Below, piece after piece: positions 1-11,218 of a stretch of DNA of 64,000 bases (positions are counted from its first letter, which is position 1; every line of letters starts with the position of its first letter). Position numbers and translations under genes: made by a program. The DNA is from Chrysemys picta bellii (taxonomy: Eukaryota), in the NCBI RefSeq assembly GCF_011386835.1, contig NC_088800.1, positions 15,500,001-15,564,000 on the forward strand, given 5' to 3'. Under the pieces are notes generated by a model. It did no database searches, had not been told where the DNA came from, and saw only the letters and a program-made list of their open reading frames with translations.

Positions 1-1011
1 CAAACCCTTCCACCCCAGCCTCACCAAATAAATAATGAGCGTAGCACAGATGTAGCGAAGCAGAAAAATGAGGTTGCTTAGCTACCCTTGGGAACAGCCC
101 CAGGACTGAAATATTGGTCCCTTTAGGGGCCTCCACAGCACACCCCGGCTGAGCTTCTCAGAGCCGACGGTGCCTGAGAAAGGCGAGGGGCCACAAATCT
201 CAAGTGTTGCTGAAAATGGAGACCTGCACCCTGAGGGCGTCCCTTTAGACCCCTTCCATGCCGACTGCTGCCCTCACCATCACACGGTGCCGCTGGAACC
301 CAGGAATTTCAGAGGGAACGGACCAGACACACCAGGCAGCAATGCCAAATGCCCTTCAAATATTCCACTAGCCTAAGAGAATATGTAATCCGGAGCTGCC
401 CCTAGAAGACAGGGAACCCACCCCAAGGCTAGTGTGGGTTTGTTTGGCCACAATTACTTTCTGTGCATAAGGTAACTACTGGGCACGTGGCTAGTGTTCA
501 AAGGTGAGAGCCCAGTGCCGATGGGGCTATAGGAAAGCTCTCCTCGCACTGTTCAGCAGAGCCTGCTAGCCAAGGTCAGCTGCATGGACAGCGAGTGAGA
601 TATCAGGCGCCAGGAGACTTCCTTTTGCCCCCACGTTAAATGGCCACCTGTGAAATGCATTTCCAGCCCCAGGGGACCTGCACAGCTGAGTTACTGAAGA
701 TGTTGGAAGGGATGTTGCTCCACCCACATTTAGAAAAAAAGGCCCTTAGATAAAGCCTCACAGCTGGGACCCCCCAGTCAGAGCACATATTATGCCCCGT
801 ATTCAGTAACTGCATGTTATAGTAGCCAAAAACCTGAGTCCCAGCCGTGGTCACCAGTCATAAGTTTCAGAGTAAGGGCTGGGGGAGAGTAATGGAGGCA
901 ATCGCTTCTTTGTCAGGGCAGAAGCACGGTGCACTGCTTTGCAGGAACACACGTCCTGCCCTGGCCATGGGAGTCAGTCCAGGAGGGGAGTCTAAAAGCA
1001 GTCACATGTAC

Positions 1012-3619
1012 CAATATTGCCCTTGTCGTCCTCACGGATCTGGATGTCCTTGCTGGCCGTTTCCACTTGCAGCAGGTCCTGGAACTCCTCCTTATACACC
1101 TCCAGGTAGGAGACTCTGACCGTGTAGTCAATCAGGTCATTCTCATCAATGAGTTTGAAGGTCTCCGCCATGGCACGTGGGATGATGCCCTGCTCATCCT
1201 CATTGATAGAAGCTGGCAGGGAGAGACAGACACAATCATCAGAAGCAGTGGATGCCCAGAGAGCCAACTCCAGCGTGGTGTGCAGCAGGGGGCAATCAAA
1301 GCAGAGCACATCTCATGCCGCAAGGACAGTATGCCACAGGGACCAGCCTCACACCATCCCATGTGCTCAGCAGTGAGGTCCATATTAAAGGCCCCAAGGA
1401 GCACTTCTCATAGGAGGTCCTAGGGTCCTTGTCCAAAATTCTCCTCAACCCACTATTGCATTCCTGCTGCCCTTCACCCAGAGCTAGTGCATCTTAGGGT
1501 ATGTCTTCACAGTACAGTTAACCTAACCTGGGTGTGAGTGTTCCCACAGCCAACTATGCCCATGTCCTCACTGTTTCTGCACTCGCCCTTGTGTCTGGAG
1601 GCATATCCCACAGTTCTTTGTACTGAGATGTTCTAGGATTCTTTCCCAGCCAGTTGTGCCAATTGCAGGAAAATTTGTCTGTCTTTTGGGGGGAATTGTG
1701 GGAAGGTACTGGAGGATTATCAACATTCGAGTGATTTAGCCTGAATCCTCTCTGCAAAATGGACAGGCTGCAGCCTAAGTGAAAGCAAGGTCTGGGCTCT
1801 AACCCACACCCCTAGCCATGTAAGCTGGTCCAGGTTTAACCTGGGTCCGAGATTTTTCTGTGTGGAAAGTCCTGTGGGGGTTGGGCTAAAACATGGTGAA
1901 GAACCCAGGTTAACTGTGCAGTGAAGACACATCCTTAGTGGTACTGCATGTATGGAGCTGTAAAGTGCTCTCTTAAGGAGAGAAAAGTAAATTATAATAT
2001 CCGTAGGTCGCAACCATTATGGCTGAGGCTGAAATGTGATTGCCTTTGAATCCAGCACCGCTCAGAACTTTCTCCAATAAAAAAAAAAAATGTTCTTCTG
2101 GGCTGAGAATTTCTTTAAACTAAATTAAGTTTTACATTGATTTTTTTGGGGGGGGAGGAGGGGGGAAGGATATCCTCCATCTCCCCAAACCATCTGAAGT
2201 TATAAGACTCAAACTTGGCATGAAGACTCCTAACTGCAAAAGAAGAAGTCAAGCCAAACTTGAACACATAAAAGCAATTCGGTATTTTATAGCTATCTTT
2301 CTGCACATGCGCAGTAAATATTTTAAGGAGCCTTAGGTACCAAAACAGCCAACCCTTCAGTGTAAAAGCATTTATGGAAACTGAACAGCGGAAGCTCAAG
2401 AAAAGGGGAAAAAAGGAAATTGCAACAACAAAAACCTACAATGACATTAAATGCAAAACTCCTTCTGTTAAGGCTGAGTTAGGGTCTGTTACACTTAAAC
2501 AGCTATAGCAGTACTGCTGTAGCACTTCAGCATAGACACTTGCTACAGCGGCGGGAGGGTTTCTCCCGTCGGTCTAGTTAATCCACCTCCCTGAGAGGCA
2601 GTAGCTAGATTGATGGAAGAATTCTTCCATTGACCTAACACTGTCCAGACTGTGGGTTAGGTCGGCATCGCTGAGGGGTGTGGATTTTTCACACTCCGAG
2701 AGATGTAGCTATGCTGATGTAAGTTTTTAGTGTAGAACAGCTCTGAGAAATAAAGGAAGCAAGGCTCAGGGAAGTCAAAGGTGAAGACACCCTTAGAAAA
2801 ATCACAAAACAATCTCCTTGCTTGACCTTCCCAAGATAACCAAGTGGCAACCATACTTCATGGGCTGCTCAAACACAGTTATTGATCTCAAGCCAGTGGA
2901 TGAATAGTTTTGCAAAAGTTACATCAGGTTCCTATGGGAATATTACATCAGACACAGAAAAATACTATGTACGTGCAGTGTCTAGTTTTGCAGCTAAACA
3001 TAAAAGCTTACTATCAACTGGGCACCAGAAAGAGATGTGTCCTCTCTTGGTACAGGTGCAGGACAAGCTGAGGAGCCTTCGAATTTCCTCAACGTTTTGC
3101 CTGCTTCATTTCTCAGCCTTGAGGTTGCACTATCACCAGCTTTTCATGCTATTATTACTAAACTAGCCCAAGAAGTGCCATCTGCCCTGCTCACAACCAG
3201 GCCCTGGGCAGTGGATGGAGGAGGGAACCATTGCTACACATGCATCAAGGGGGGACAAGACTAGGAAGGTGCTACTTCTCCAGATACTCACAGACACTTG
3301 CTTCCCCAATGGTGTAGGTTTTGCCCGAGCCTGTCTGGCCATAAGCAAACACAGTAACATTGAAGCCTTCAAAGAAGGCCTCGACCAGCGGCTGCACGCA
3401 GGCGCCATACACCGACTCCTGGTTTGAGGATTCAGTGAAGACAGCATCAAAGTGGAAATGGCGGTTACGCCCCAGGGTCACCTCGTTGGTCTCTGGGTCT
3501 CCATGCAGGCAGGCCTCGTGCCCGTGCAACAGCTCCTTGGGCAGCAGGGGTCGAATGCGCACAGCCACTCTGACGGGAGTCTCTTCAGCTCGAGACTGGG
3601 CCTCAGCTTTCAGACCCAT
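1012..3619 (-). CDS. KIF7: Kinesin family member 7, first two coding exons (3619-3292, 1212-1012); gene continues off the left edge
   Basis: ATG at 3619-3617 (ACCATGG). Translation [34 protein letters not shown]...[19 protein letters not shown]|[30 protein letters not shown]...[14 protein letters not shown]...EDDKGNI contains the kinesin P-loop GQTGSGKT and closely matches KIF7. GT-AG junctions are phase-consistent; exon sizes 328 and 201 nt match human KIF7 as recalled. Confidence 0.97.
1497..1934. mobile_element. PIF/Harbinger-type MITE
   Basis: About 28-bp imperfect TIRs (GGGTATGTCTTCACAGTACAGTTAACCT / AGGTTAACTGTGCAGTGAAGACACATCC) flanked by TTA on both sides (1494-1496, 1935-1937). Confidence 0.8.
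2482..2743. mobile_element. PIF/Harbinger-type MITE (degenerate)
   Basis: Termini GGGTCTGTTACACT...AGTGTAGAACAGCTC resemble the GGxxxTGTCTACACT...AGTGTAGAC termini of turtle Harbinger MITEs; TTA on the left flank. Confidence 0.65.
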
Positions 3620-4529
3620 GGTCAGCAATCGCAGCAAAGTCAGGAGAGCCCGAAGTCAGGTGCCGGCACCAGCTCTCTGCCCACATGCTGTAAGGAGAGA
3701 ATCTGGGTTAATGTAGATCCATGCCAGCAATTGCCTTTGAGCAACCATCGAGAAAGGTTCCTGATGATCTGACTGAGGGATGCAGAGTGGGGCTGGAAAA
3801 ATACCCGGATCCAGCTACCCGGTGTCGGTGCAGGGCTAGGACCTACTGTACATTTACTAGAGCTTTATCCAGTCTTGTTTCACACATGCATTAGTTTTGG
3901 AGCTCCCACACATTTCTTGGGGGGCCATTCCCCAGCCAGCTCAACCCCAGAGCCAGGACTTTATCCCCATAGTCAGTCTGCATTTCCACACTGTGAATCT
4001 CCACCAGCTCCCCATGCACAGCCTGAACGATGCCTCTCGTCCCTGGAGTTCATCCACTTCACCTTGACTCTGCCCTGATGACATGTGGGTCACTCCCTTC
4101 CCCCACTCATCTGATTAAAATGGGGATAGGCTGGGGACATGGGCACAACTGGTAATCTGTGCCTCTTGGTGCCACCTACCAAGGCCTCTGGGCACCACCA
4201 CTAACAGGGAGGGCAGCACTCTCCATAACTACCCGGGGCCCTAGCAAATCCCCACCCCCGCAGGTACACACAGACCCTTAAGTCTCCCCAAGGGCTTCGG
4301 GAGCTGGGGGGGGGGGGGGAAGTGCTGCCCCACTGAGCCAGCTGGAGACAGGAGGGGTGCCCTGAGTCCCTCCAGATGGGAGAAGAGGGTCACCACACTG
4401 ATCCCAGGGCAGTGGCGTGGGGTGATGCCAAGGGACCCTGGGGTGGTGGGTGTACCATGCTGGGCCTGTACCCCCATCGCAGGGCACTGAGCCCCCTAGG
4501 GTGCTGGGCATGACGGGAGTACCGGGCTG

Positions 4530-4830
4530 AGCCCCAGGGAAGGGGTCACCGAGCGCCCCAGGGAAGTCCCACCCCGCAGCGCTCAGCCCAGGCAGCCCCC
4601 GCACTCACCCCGCGAGCCGGCCGGACAATAACAAGCCCCAGGCCGGGCGGAGGGGCCTGGCGCACGGGGATGGCGTCAGGCGCGCGCCCCGGGATGGGGG
4701 GTCTCGAGTCCCGTCCCGCCCCGCTAGCGCCGCCCCCACTAGGGGCGTCAACTCCGCCAGCCCGGCCCGTGCTAGGGCCAGTGTCCCCGGCCGGGACATC
4801 GACATGATCCCCCCGCAGAGTCCGACTCCA
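4530..4830 (-). promoter_or_regulatory. KIF7: CpG island with probable non-coding exon 1 of KIF7 (donor GTGAGT at 4608-4603)
   Basis: CpG-dense, GC-rich block about 1 kb upstream of the ATG exon. Consensus donor on the minus strand; matching acceptor TCTCTCCTTACAG ends at 3688. Confidence 0.7.
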
Positions 4831-5395
4831 GCATCATCAGCCCCCCAACCCTGCCACCCACCCCCTGCCCTGCTACCCCCACCCCCAGGGTCATCACCCG
4901 CCAGGGGCCTGCCCCCCCCAGCCCTGCCATCCCTCGCCAGGGTCATCAGCCACCCCAACCAGTATCATCAGCTTCCCCCAGCCCTGCCACACACCCCAAC
5001 CAGTGTCATCATCCTTCCCTGCCCCAACCAGGGTTATAACCCCCACCAGCCCTGCCACCCCCCACCGCATCATCAGACATCCTCCTCCCCTCCACTCCTG
5101 CCACACCTCCCCAACCAGGGTTATCACACACACACCAGCCCTGCCACCCCCAACCAGCATCATCAGACACCCCCCATTCCTGCCACCCCTCCCCAACCAG
5201 GGGTATCATCCCCACAGTCCTGCCATCCCCCTACCAGAGTCATCAGCCCCCTATCCATGCCATCCCCTCCCCAGCTCTGCCAACCCCCACCAAGCCCTGC
5301 CACCATCCTATTCCAACCAGGGTCATCAGCTCCCCCAACCCAGCCACCCCCTTTCCCCAACCACCCCTGGTGCCAGCCAGCCAAACACTGCCTGA
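4830..5395. repeat. Degenerate C-rich minisatellite (modules CCACCCCAACCAGGGTCATCA / CCAGCCCTGCCAC)
   Basis: Many imperfect copies of two short modules; extreme C-over-G strand skew. Confidence 0.85.
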
Positions 5396-5444
5396 TTTGG
5401 TGTAGGTACTCTGGCTGTCAGGAGTGATGGGGCGGGCTCACATG

Positions 5445-5640
5445 GCGGTGTCTTTGTAGCTCAGTGCAGAGTTGTGAAGGGCCCTGAAGGGTTGGGGCAA
5501 GAAGCTTGAAGTTGGTGCAGTAGAGGAGGGGGAGCCAGTGGAGGAAGTCAAGGAGGTGGAGGTGACATGGTGAGAGTGCTGGGCAAGGCAGCATTGTGGA
5601 CTGAGGAGGGGCGACGTGGGTGAGATTGGCACAAAGACAC
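5445..5640 (-). mobile_element. Ancient L2 LINE fragment (C-terminal part of ORF2)
   Basis: Minus-strand translation LLDFLHWLPLLYCTNFKLL resembles the L2-clade motif LHWLPxxxRIxFKxL. Confidence 0.5.
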
Positions 5641-6619
5641 CTCCTCAATTTGCCATCCCTGACAGGGGTCTGGGAGTCCGCTCAGCCAGTACAAATCCCC
5701 TCATTTAAAATACGGTGCAGTCTCGGCCCTGGTGAGAGGTCATGGGCGGGAGTCATAGGCTGAATGACCGCTCTGGACAACTGGGTTAATTGTGCTCATG
5801 ACACAAGTGACATGAGCTTGGTGATCTCAACTAGTGAGTGTTTGGCCACATCACAGAGTCATTGCACATAATGGCACAATTAGAAGTCCCTACATGTGCG
5901 ACAGACTAGGTCAGGGAGTGTTATAGTCAGGAATGAAGTGTGCGTGTTGGGGGGCGGGGAGTTGGTGGCAGACTGGAACAGGAGTAGGGAGCTGCATGTC
6001 ATAACAGATGTATCAGCAGAGTGGGGGCGCGGAGCACTGGAATTGCAGGGAGTGCTGCAGGTCAAGATCAAGGTGGCTTAGTGGAGTTATGGGGAGGAAC
6101 ATACCTGCCTTCCTCATCAGAAACCCCATAATTCATCCTGTAAGAGCAAAGTGGGAAGAATGCAGCCCTGTGATGCCTGCTGGGTGAGGTCCCATGGATG
6201 GATTGTCCTTCCAAGTGACATGCCCAATGCCTGGAAGGAGCTGGCAGCCTGCTCAGCTGAGGATCCACTATAGGACATGGTTTGGAGAACAGCTGCTGAA
6301 GTCAGACACTCTTTAGCCCCATCAGGCTCCCCCCAGCCCTGCGTTACTGCAGGGTCAGGTTTGGGGTCTTTCTTTTAGGATGATTTGATTGGTATCAAAG
6401 TTGGGATTTTTTAATCTTGGGAATCTTACAATGAATGGTTAGGGCTGTCGCTCTTGGTGTGTCACCCCCTGCAACCGTTGAGAATGGTATGGCCCATGCA
6501 GATTACTCCCTCAGTGAGGGCTAGAATAGGAAGAGACGGGAGTCATTCTACCTCTATCAGTGGAGAGGACTGGCAGGCAGACAGACAGACTGACTCTGCT
6601 GAGAGAGAGAGATCTACAA

Positions 6620-9600
6620 ATGGTTCTCCGAATCCCTCTGCGCAGAAGTGCCAGCTTCACCCCAGACCACCAGCCCTTGATGGAGATGTCCAATCCCACC
6701 ACGCTGAAAATGGAAGCGAATGTGCTAGTTCTGGGAGCAGACAGCGTGGGGAAATCAGGTGAGAACTTTAATCACCAAAGGAAGAGCAGGGAGAACATGG
6801 AAAACTTCCTAGCTGGGAGATCCCTGGAGCTGGGGAAAGCTCCCCCAGGGGAAGGGATATGACTGGGAGCTAGATCTTAGGGACTTTTAAAATCGAACTG
6901 GACAACGCTTGGAGAATAACGCTGTAGGGAACAATCCTGCCATAGCCAAAAGACAGCTGAGATGGGACCTGTTTGGTCTATTCCATCTCAAACAGCTGTG
7001 ATTCCAAGTGGGAAAGCAGAGCGCATCCTCTGAGACAACAAGAGAGTTTCATGATGGGTATGTTCTGTAAGTGAAAATGCTTCCTAGTCGGTTGCAGTCC
7101 ATTGAAATGCTGGTTTGGGAGAGTTCCTGATCTATTCATCCTTTCTTAGCAAACTTGCTGGTTGGACAATGTGTGAAATAAAATACAGAGATTGTTCACC
7201 CACAGCTCAGTGAGAGTTTAATGGATATAGAAATGGAGAGATGGCTCCATTGCAGAGCAGGCTGTCCACACCAGGCTGCGGCTGGTGCTGAGTTGGGCTC
7301 AGGGTAGTAATCACTCCGCTAGGGTTTGCAAGGGAACAAAAAAATGTCATTTTAAATCCTTAGGTTTCCCCCCCACACCCCCCGTTCTCTTCTTTGTAGC
7401 CTTGACGGTGCGTTTCCTTACCAGGCGATTCATCGGGGAATATGGAGACATGGGTGAGTGCCATGCTGGGGGCTTGCGTGTTAACTTCCCGTTGTTCTTG
7501 TGGGGTGTGAATTGACCAATTTGGAAAAGTCCTGATTTGCGTGACTGGTTCTCTGTGTGGGATTTGGCTGTTTCCTGAGCCCCCCCCCCCTTTTCCTCTC
7601 CAGGGCTCTTGCCTGCTACCTGCAGGCTTAAGGGTTAAATCTACTCATTGGAACCAGTTTGTGCATTTAGAAGCGTTTCTTGTAGAGATGTGAGGGGCTC
7701 CTGTGTGACCCGTGTGGGGCGGCTAGTGGGGATACAGGTGCAAGTGCACTGACTGAAGGACAGGAGGGAGATCGACACCCCGGCAGGCTTGGTTACCGGA
7801 TGGCAGACTCTGGCTGAATGCCAACATGCTAGGTGTGGCTCGTGCCTTACATACAGCACAAAGGCCGTGGTCCTAGCGCCCTGGAGGCTGATGTCCCACC
7901 TGGAGGGGAGGCTGTGTGTGCAGCAGGGAGGCAGTGGGTGGCAGGGTTGTCATCGAGAGGACACGGCTCTCTGGTTGTCTGTGATCGATACATGCAGTGA
8001 TCTTTGTGCCTTTTGGCAGAATTCATCTACAGCCACAGCCTGGCAATGGAGGGCAGAGAGATCCACGTCCACATATGGGACGTCCCCTGTTCACAGGTGA
8101 GGGGCCTCTGCTGCTGCTGTCTCACATTCTTGCCCCAAGGGAAAACTATTCCCCTAGCTAAGAAAACCCAAAGACAAACCATGGACTTGAAGCATCAGCC
8201 AGACTGTAACCCCTGCTTCCGACTCTCCCCAACCATGACTAACCTTTGGGCCAACCAGCTGGCTAGTGGGCAACTTGCAGGGATGGGGCCTCTCTCATGC
8301 TTCCAGCTGGAGGGTAAAGACCTTGGGACAGCAAAGACTGTATTCCCAGGCTAGCACCCGTGCAGGACTTGCCACCCTGCTCCACTAGTCCCCAGTGGGA
8401 AAGAAAGGGGATGAAGCAGCAGCTAGCTCAGTACTGGACCTGACTGAATGCCCCCCCACCCCACCCCCGTACTGGTTCAGTGGACGTGGCAGGGAGTTCC
8501 AAGTGAGGTCCTAAGCTGAGAACGCCAAACTCGTATAACCTGCAGCTAAAAGCCCTCTTTGCTCCATGCGATGCGAGGTGAGGATAGTAAGCCTGACTCT
8601 AGTCTCTTCCAAAGGGTTCTGGCCTAGCCTTGGTGGGCTCCGCCAGGTATCGCTCCTCCCCTTCCCTTTACTCGGAGGTTGTTGCTCTTCTCATTTCCCC
8701 CCCACCTTCCCTGTTCTCTTCTGCCCACTCGAGTGTTCCTCCCTGGGGAGGATGGGACTGCCTGTCCAAAGACGGGGTGTGCTGCATCTCTGCCAGCATG
8801 GAGTCAGAAGCCTCCAGCTGCTCTCTAGCCTGGCTGCTTTGCACAGAAGGGCAGGAAGTTGCTGCTAGGTGCAAGCACAGCCTCCTTGAACCAAACTGGT
8901 GAAAGGGCCCCTCCCCACCCCTCCTGGGAGTTGGAGGTGGCTGGGTTTGGATGTAGGTTAGGCGATAAAATCTTTACCTTTGGGTTATGGGTGCCAGTCT
9001 AGTTTGTGGCCCTGTGCTGGCCAAGACCAGAACCAGTCTCTCTCCTCTTGCAGCTGGTGTTTCCAGATCGGGGTTGATGTGACTGGCAGGGTTACTACCC
9101 AGCTGCAGTTGACCTGTATGTTGTTTAAAGGGGAGCATAGGAGCTTCAGTTTCCAGCCCAGCCAGATGATTGTGTGACCTTTGTCAGCACTAACATCCTC
9201 CCCAGAGACTCCCTCATTTATCAAACTCCACCCCATCTTCCTGTCCCATCTCGCCTTCCCTAGGACCGGGTGGATGAGAGCTCTGCCAAGGAAAAGCGAG
9301 TCCAGTGGGCAGATGGCTTCATCCTGGTCTACAGCATCTGCGACCGTGCCAGCTTCAACGTGCTGCGCCCCAAAGTCCAGGTCATCAAGGCAGCCAAGGA
9401 GGCTCTAAGCCAGGAGAAGGTGCCCATCGTCATCGTGGGCAACAAGCGGGACCTGCACCACCGGCGGGTGGTCTCCAGTGAGGAGGGCCGGCTCCTGGCG
9501 CTCTCCATGGACTGCGAGTTCTATGAGGTCTCTGCAGCTGAGGCCTATCATGGGGCACTCATGGTCTTCCAGGGGCTGGCGGAGCGCATCTGCGAGGCCA

Positions 9601-9689
9601 AGCTGGCACTGAAGAAGGGCACTGGGATCCGCAGCATTGTCAAAAGCATGTCGGCTGTGTTTGCTCGGAAGAGGACGGACTCACTCTGA
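6620..9689 (+). CDS. RERG-like (RERGL-family) Ras-superfamily small GTPase, 231 aa; exons 6620-6758, 7400-7453, 8020-8096, 9264-9689
   Basis: ATG in strong Kozak context (ACAAATGG). Three GT-AG introns, phases 1, 1, 0; total 696 nt. Protein: MVLRIPLRRSASFTPDHQPLMEMSNPTTLKMEANVLVLGADSVGKSALTVRFLTRRFIGEYGDMEFIYSHSLAMEGREIHVHIWDVPCSQDRVDESSAKEKRVQWADGFILVYSICDRASF...VIVGNKRDL...FYEVSAAE...SAVFARKRTDSL. Has G1 GxxxxGKS, G4 NKRD and G5 SAA. ALTVRFLT.RFIGEY and WADGF are RERG/RASL11/RASL12-family signatures; D.PCSQ is closest to RERGL. No CAAX box. Confidence 0.93.
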
Positions 9690-10374
9690 ACTGGAACCTG
9701 TGTGTTACTTCCCCATGTGCTTCCAGCTGGAAACACCAGAGTGCCCAGCCTCCTTCACTAGACTAACCCCTCCTATCCCAGTGACTGTGAAAAGAGCTGT
9801 GTAGTCTATCTGGGGAGTCAAATGGGTTCCCCCAATCTCACACCTGAGAGCCTCAGGAAAATGGCTGAATCTGCCCCTGCTAACATATATACCAGTGCAA
9901 CCTGGGGCCTTTATAATTCAACACGTAGGAGTCCATACTGTCCAACCCCACGGGGTTGGGCCCTATTATACAGTTACTAGCATGGTGTCCAATCTAGCTA
10001 TAAATGCGCCACCCCTTCCCTTGAGGAGAGGGTTCCTCAGCCAGGTAGTCTGAATTTTATGTATATTACAATATCATCTAGACACTCCAGTCAGCATTGG
10101 GGCCCCATTGTGCTGAGCTCACAGTCGCTCTTAGTTTTCACTCTGCTAAAGAAGTCCCCTCCCTTCCCTAATATTGGAAAACACCAGAGCATCTTTCTGC
10201 TGCTTCTGGGAGTATCTTACCTCCCCCAGTTCCTTTGGTGGGGAGCTGTCACTTCCTCTCAGTAAAGATGAGTGGGAAGGACCAGCTGTCCCCTAGCCCT
10301 CCGTTCCAATCTCAGCTGGGAATCTAGGAGCAATAACCTGGGCATGTGGCTGTTTGTGTCTGTCTTAGGTACTT

Positions 10375-10575
10375 ATGGTCTCTATCACCATAATATCTGA
10401 GCACCTCACAAGACTGCTGTGATGTGGGGCAGTGCTGTTAATCCTATTTTTACAGAGGGGGAACTGAGGCACAGACACATTAAGTGACTTGTCCAAGGTC
10501 ACACACAGTCTGGTAGATAAGGGAATTGACCCCTGGTTTCCAGAGTCCCAAGCTATTGCCCTGACCCGTAGACCC
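10375..10575 (-). mobile_element. MIR-like CORE-SINE
   Basis: CORE motif TTTTACAGAGGGGGAACTGAGGCACAGA...AAGTGACTTGTCCAAGGTCACACA. Confidence 0.75.
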
Positions 10576-11212
10576 TCCTTCCTTCCCCTTCACAGGGAGG
10601 TGGTACTGGGTAATGCTCCTTGTAAGCCTCTCTGATACTGATGTGCTTCTGGCGTGGCTAGTGGGTGCAGTCTCCATGTACAGAGGATGGCATCTATATC
10701 TGCCCCTTGGTGTTTCTCAGCATCTCAGATGTCTGTATCTTCAGCTGACACCAAAGCCCCTGGGATTCAGGGAACGTTGTCAGCCTCTGGTTCTGTTCCT
10801 CTTCTCTGTGCAATCTCGACCAGTTACTGAGCTGGCGTTGTCTGTGCCGAGCAGCTTCTCCCCCCGGTTCTTTTGCTGACAGCAGAGGTTTCTGTTGCTT
10901 AAACAATGCATTGTCCATGCATATAAGATTGGAGACTTGGCTGGTTTCCAGGACTCCAGACTCTAGCGTGGGATCCAGTGTATGGTAACCCGGTCCCTGC
11001 TGGGAGCCACAGTTTGTCTGCCCCTAGATGGTCACCGGGCAGGGCCTGTGAGTTGAAGGAAGGGCTAGGTTCTCCCCACAGATGGGCTGAAAACCAGTAA
11101 AATTCCTCTGAATGTGGAGCGGGGTCTCTGCTCCTTCTACCACAGCCCCTCCCCAGCACCAGGTTGAGTGTAAATAACAGGGTGCATCTGTGTAAACAGT
11201 GATTTCTACTGC

Positions 11213-11218
11213 AATAAA
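11213..11218 (+). promoter_or_regulatory. Candidate polyadenylation signal of the RERGL-like gene
   Basis: First AATAAA I found on the + strand after the stop at 9689. Confidence 0.4.

Noticed and set aside
4804-5427. 207-aa proline-rich ORF with an ATG
   Set aside because: It is a translation of the C-rich minisatellite; several frames on both strands are open for the same reason.
6560-6619. GTG/TTG-initiated N-terminal extensions in the ORF track (RERGL-like from 6560; KIF7 from 3637)
   Set aside because: The downstream ATGs have strong Kozak contexts, and for KIF7 the ATG matches the homolog start. No evidence for non-AUG initiation.
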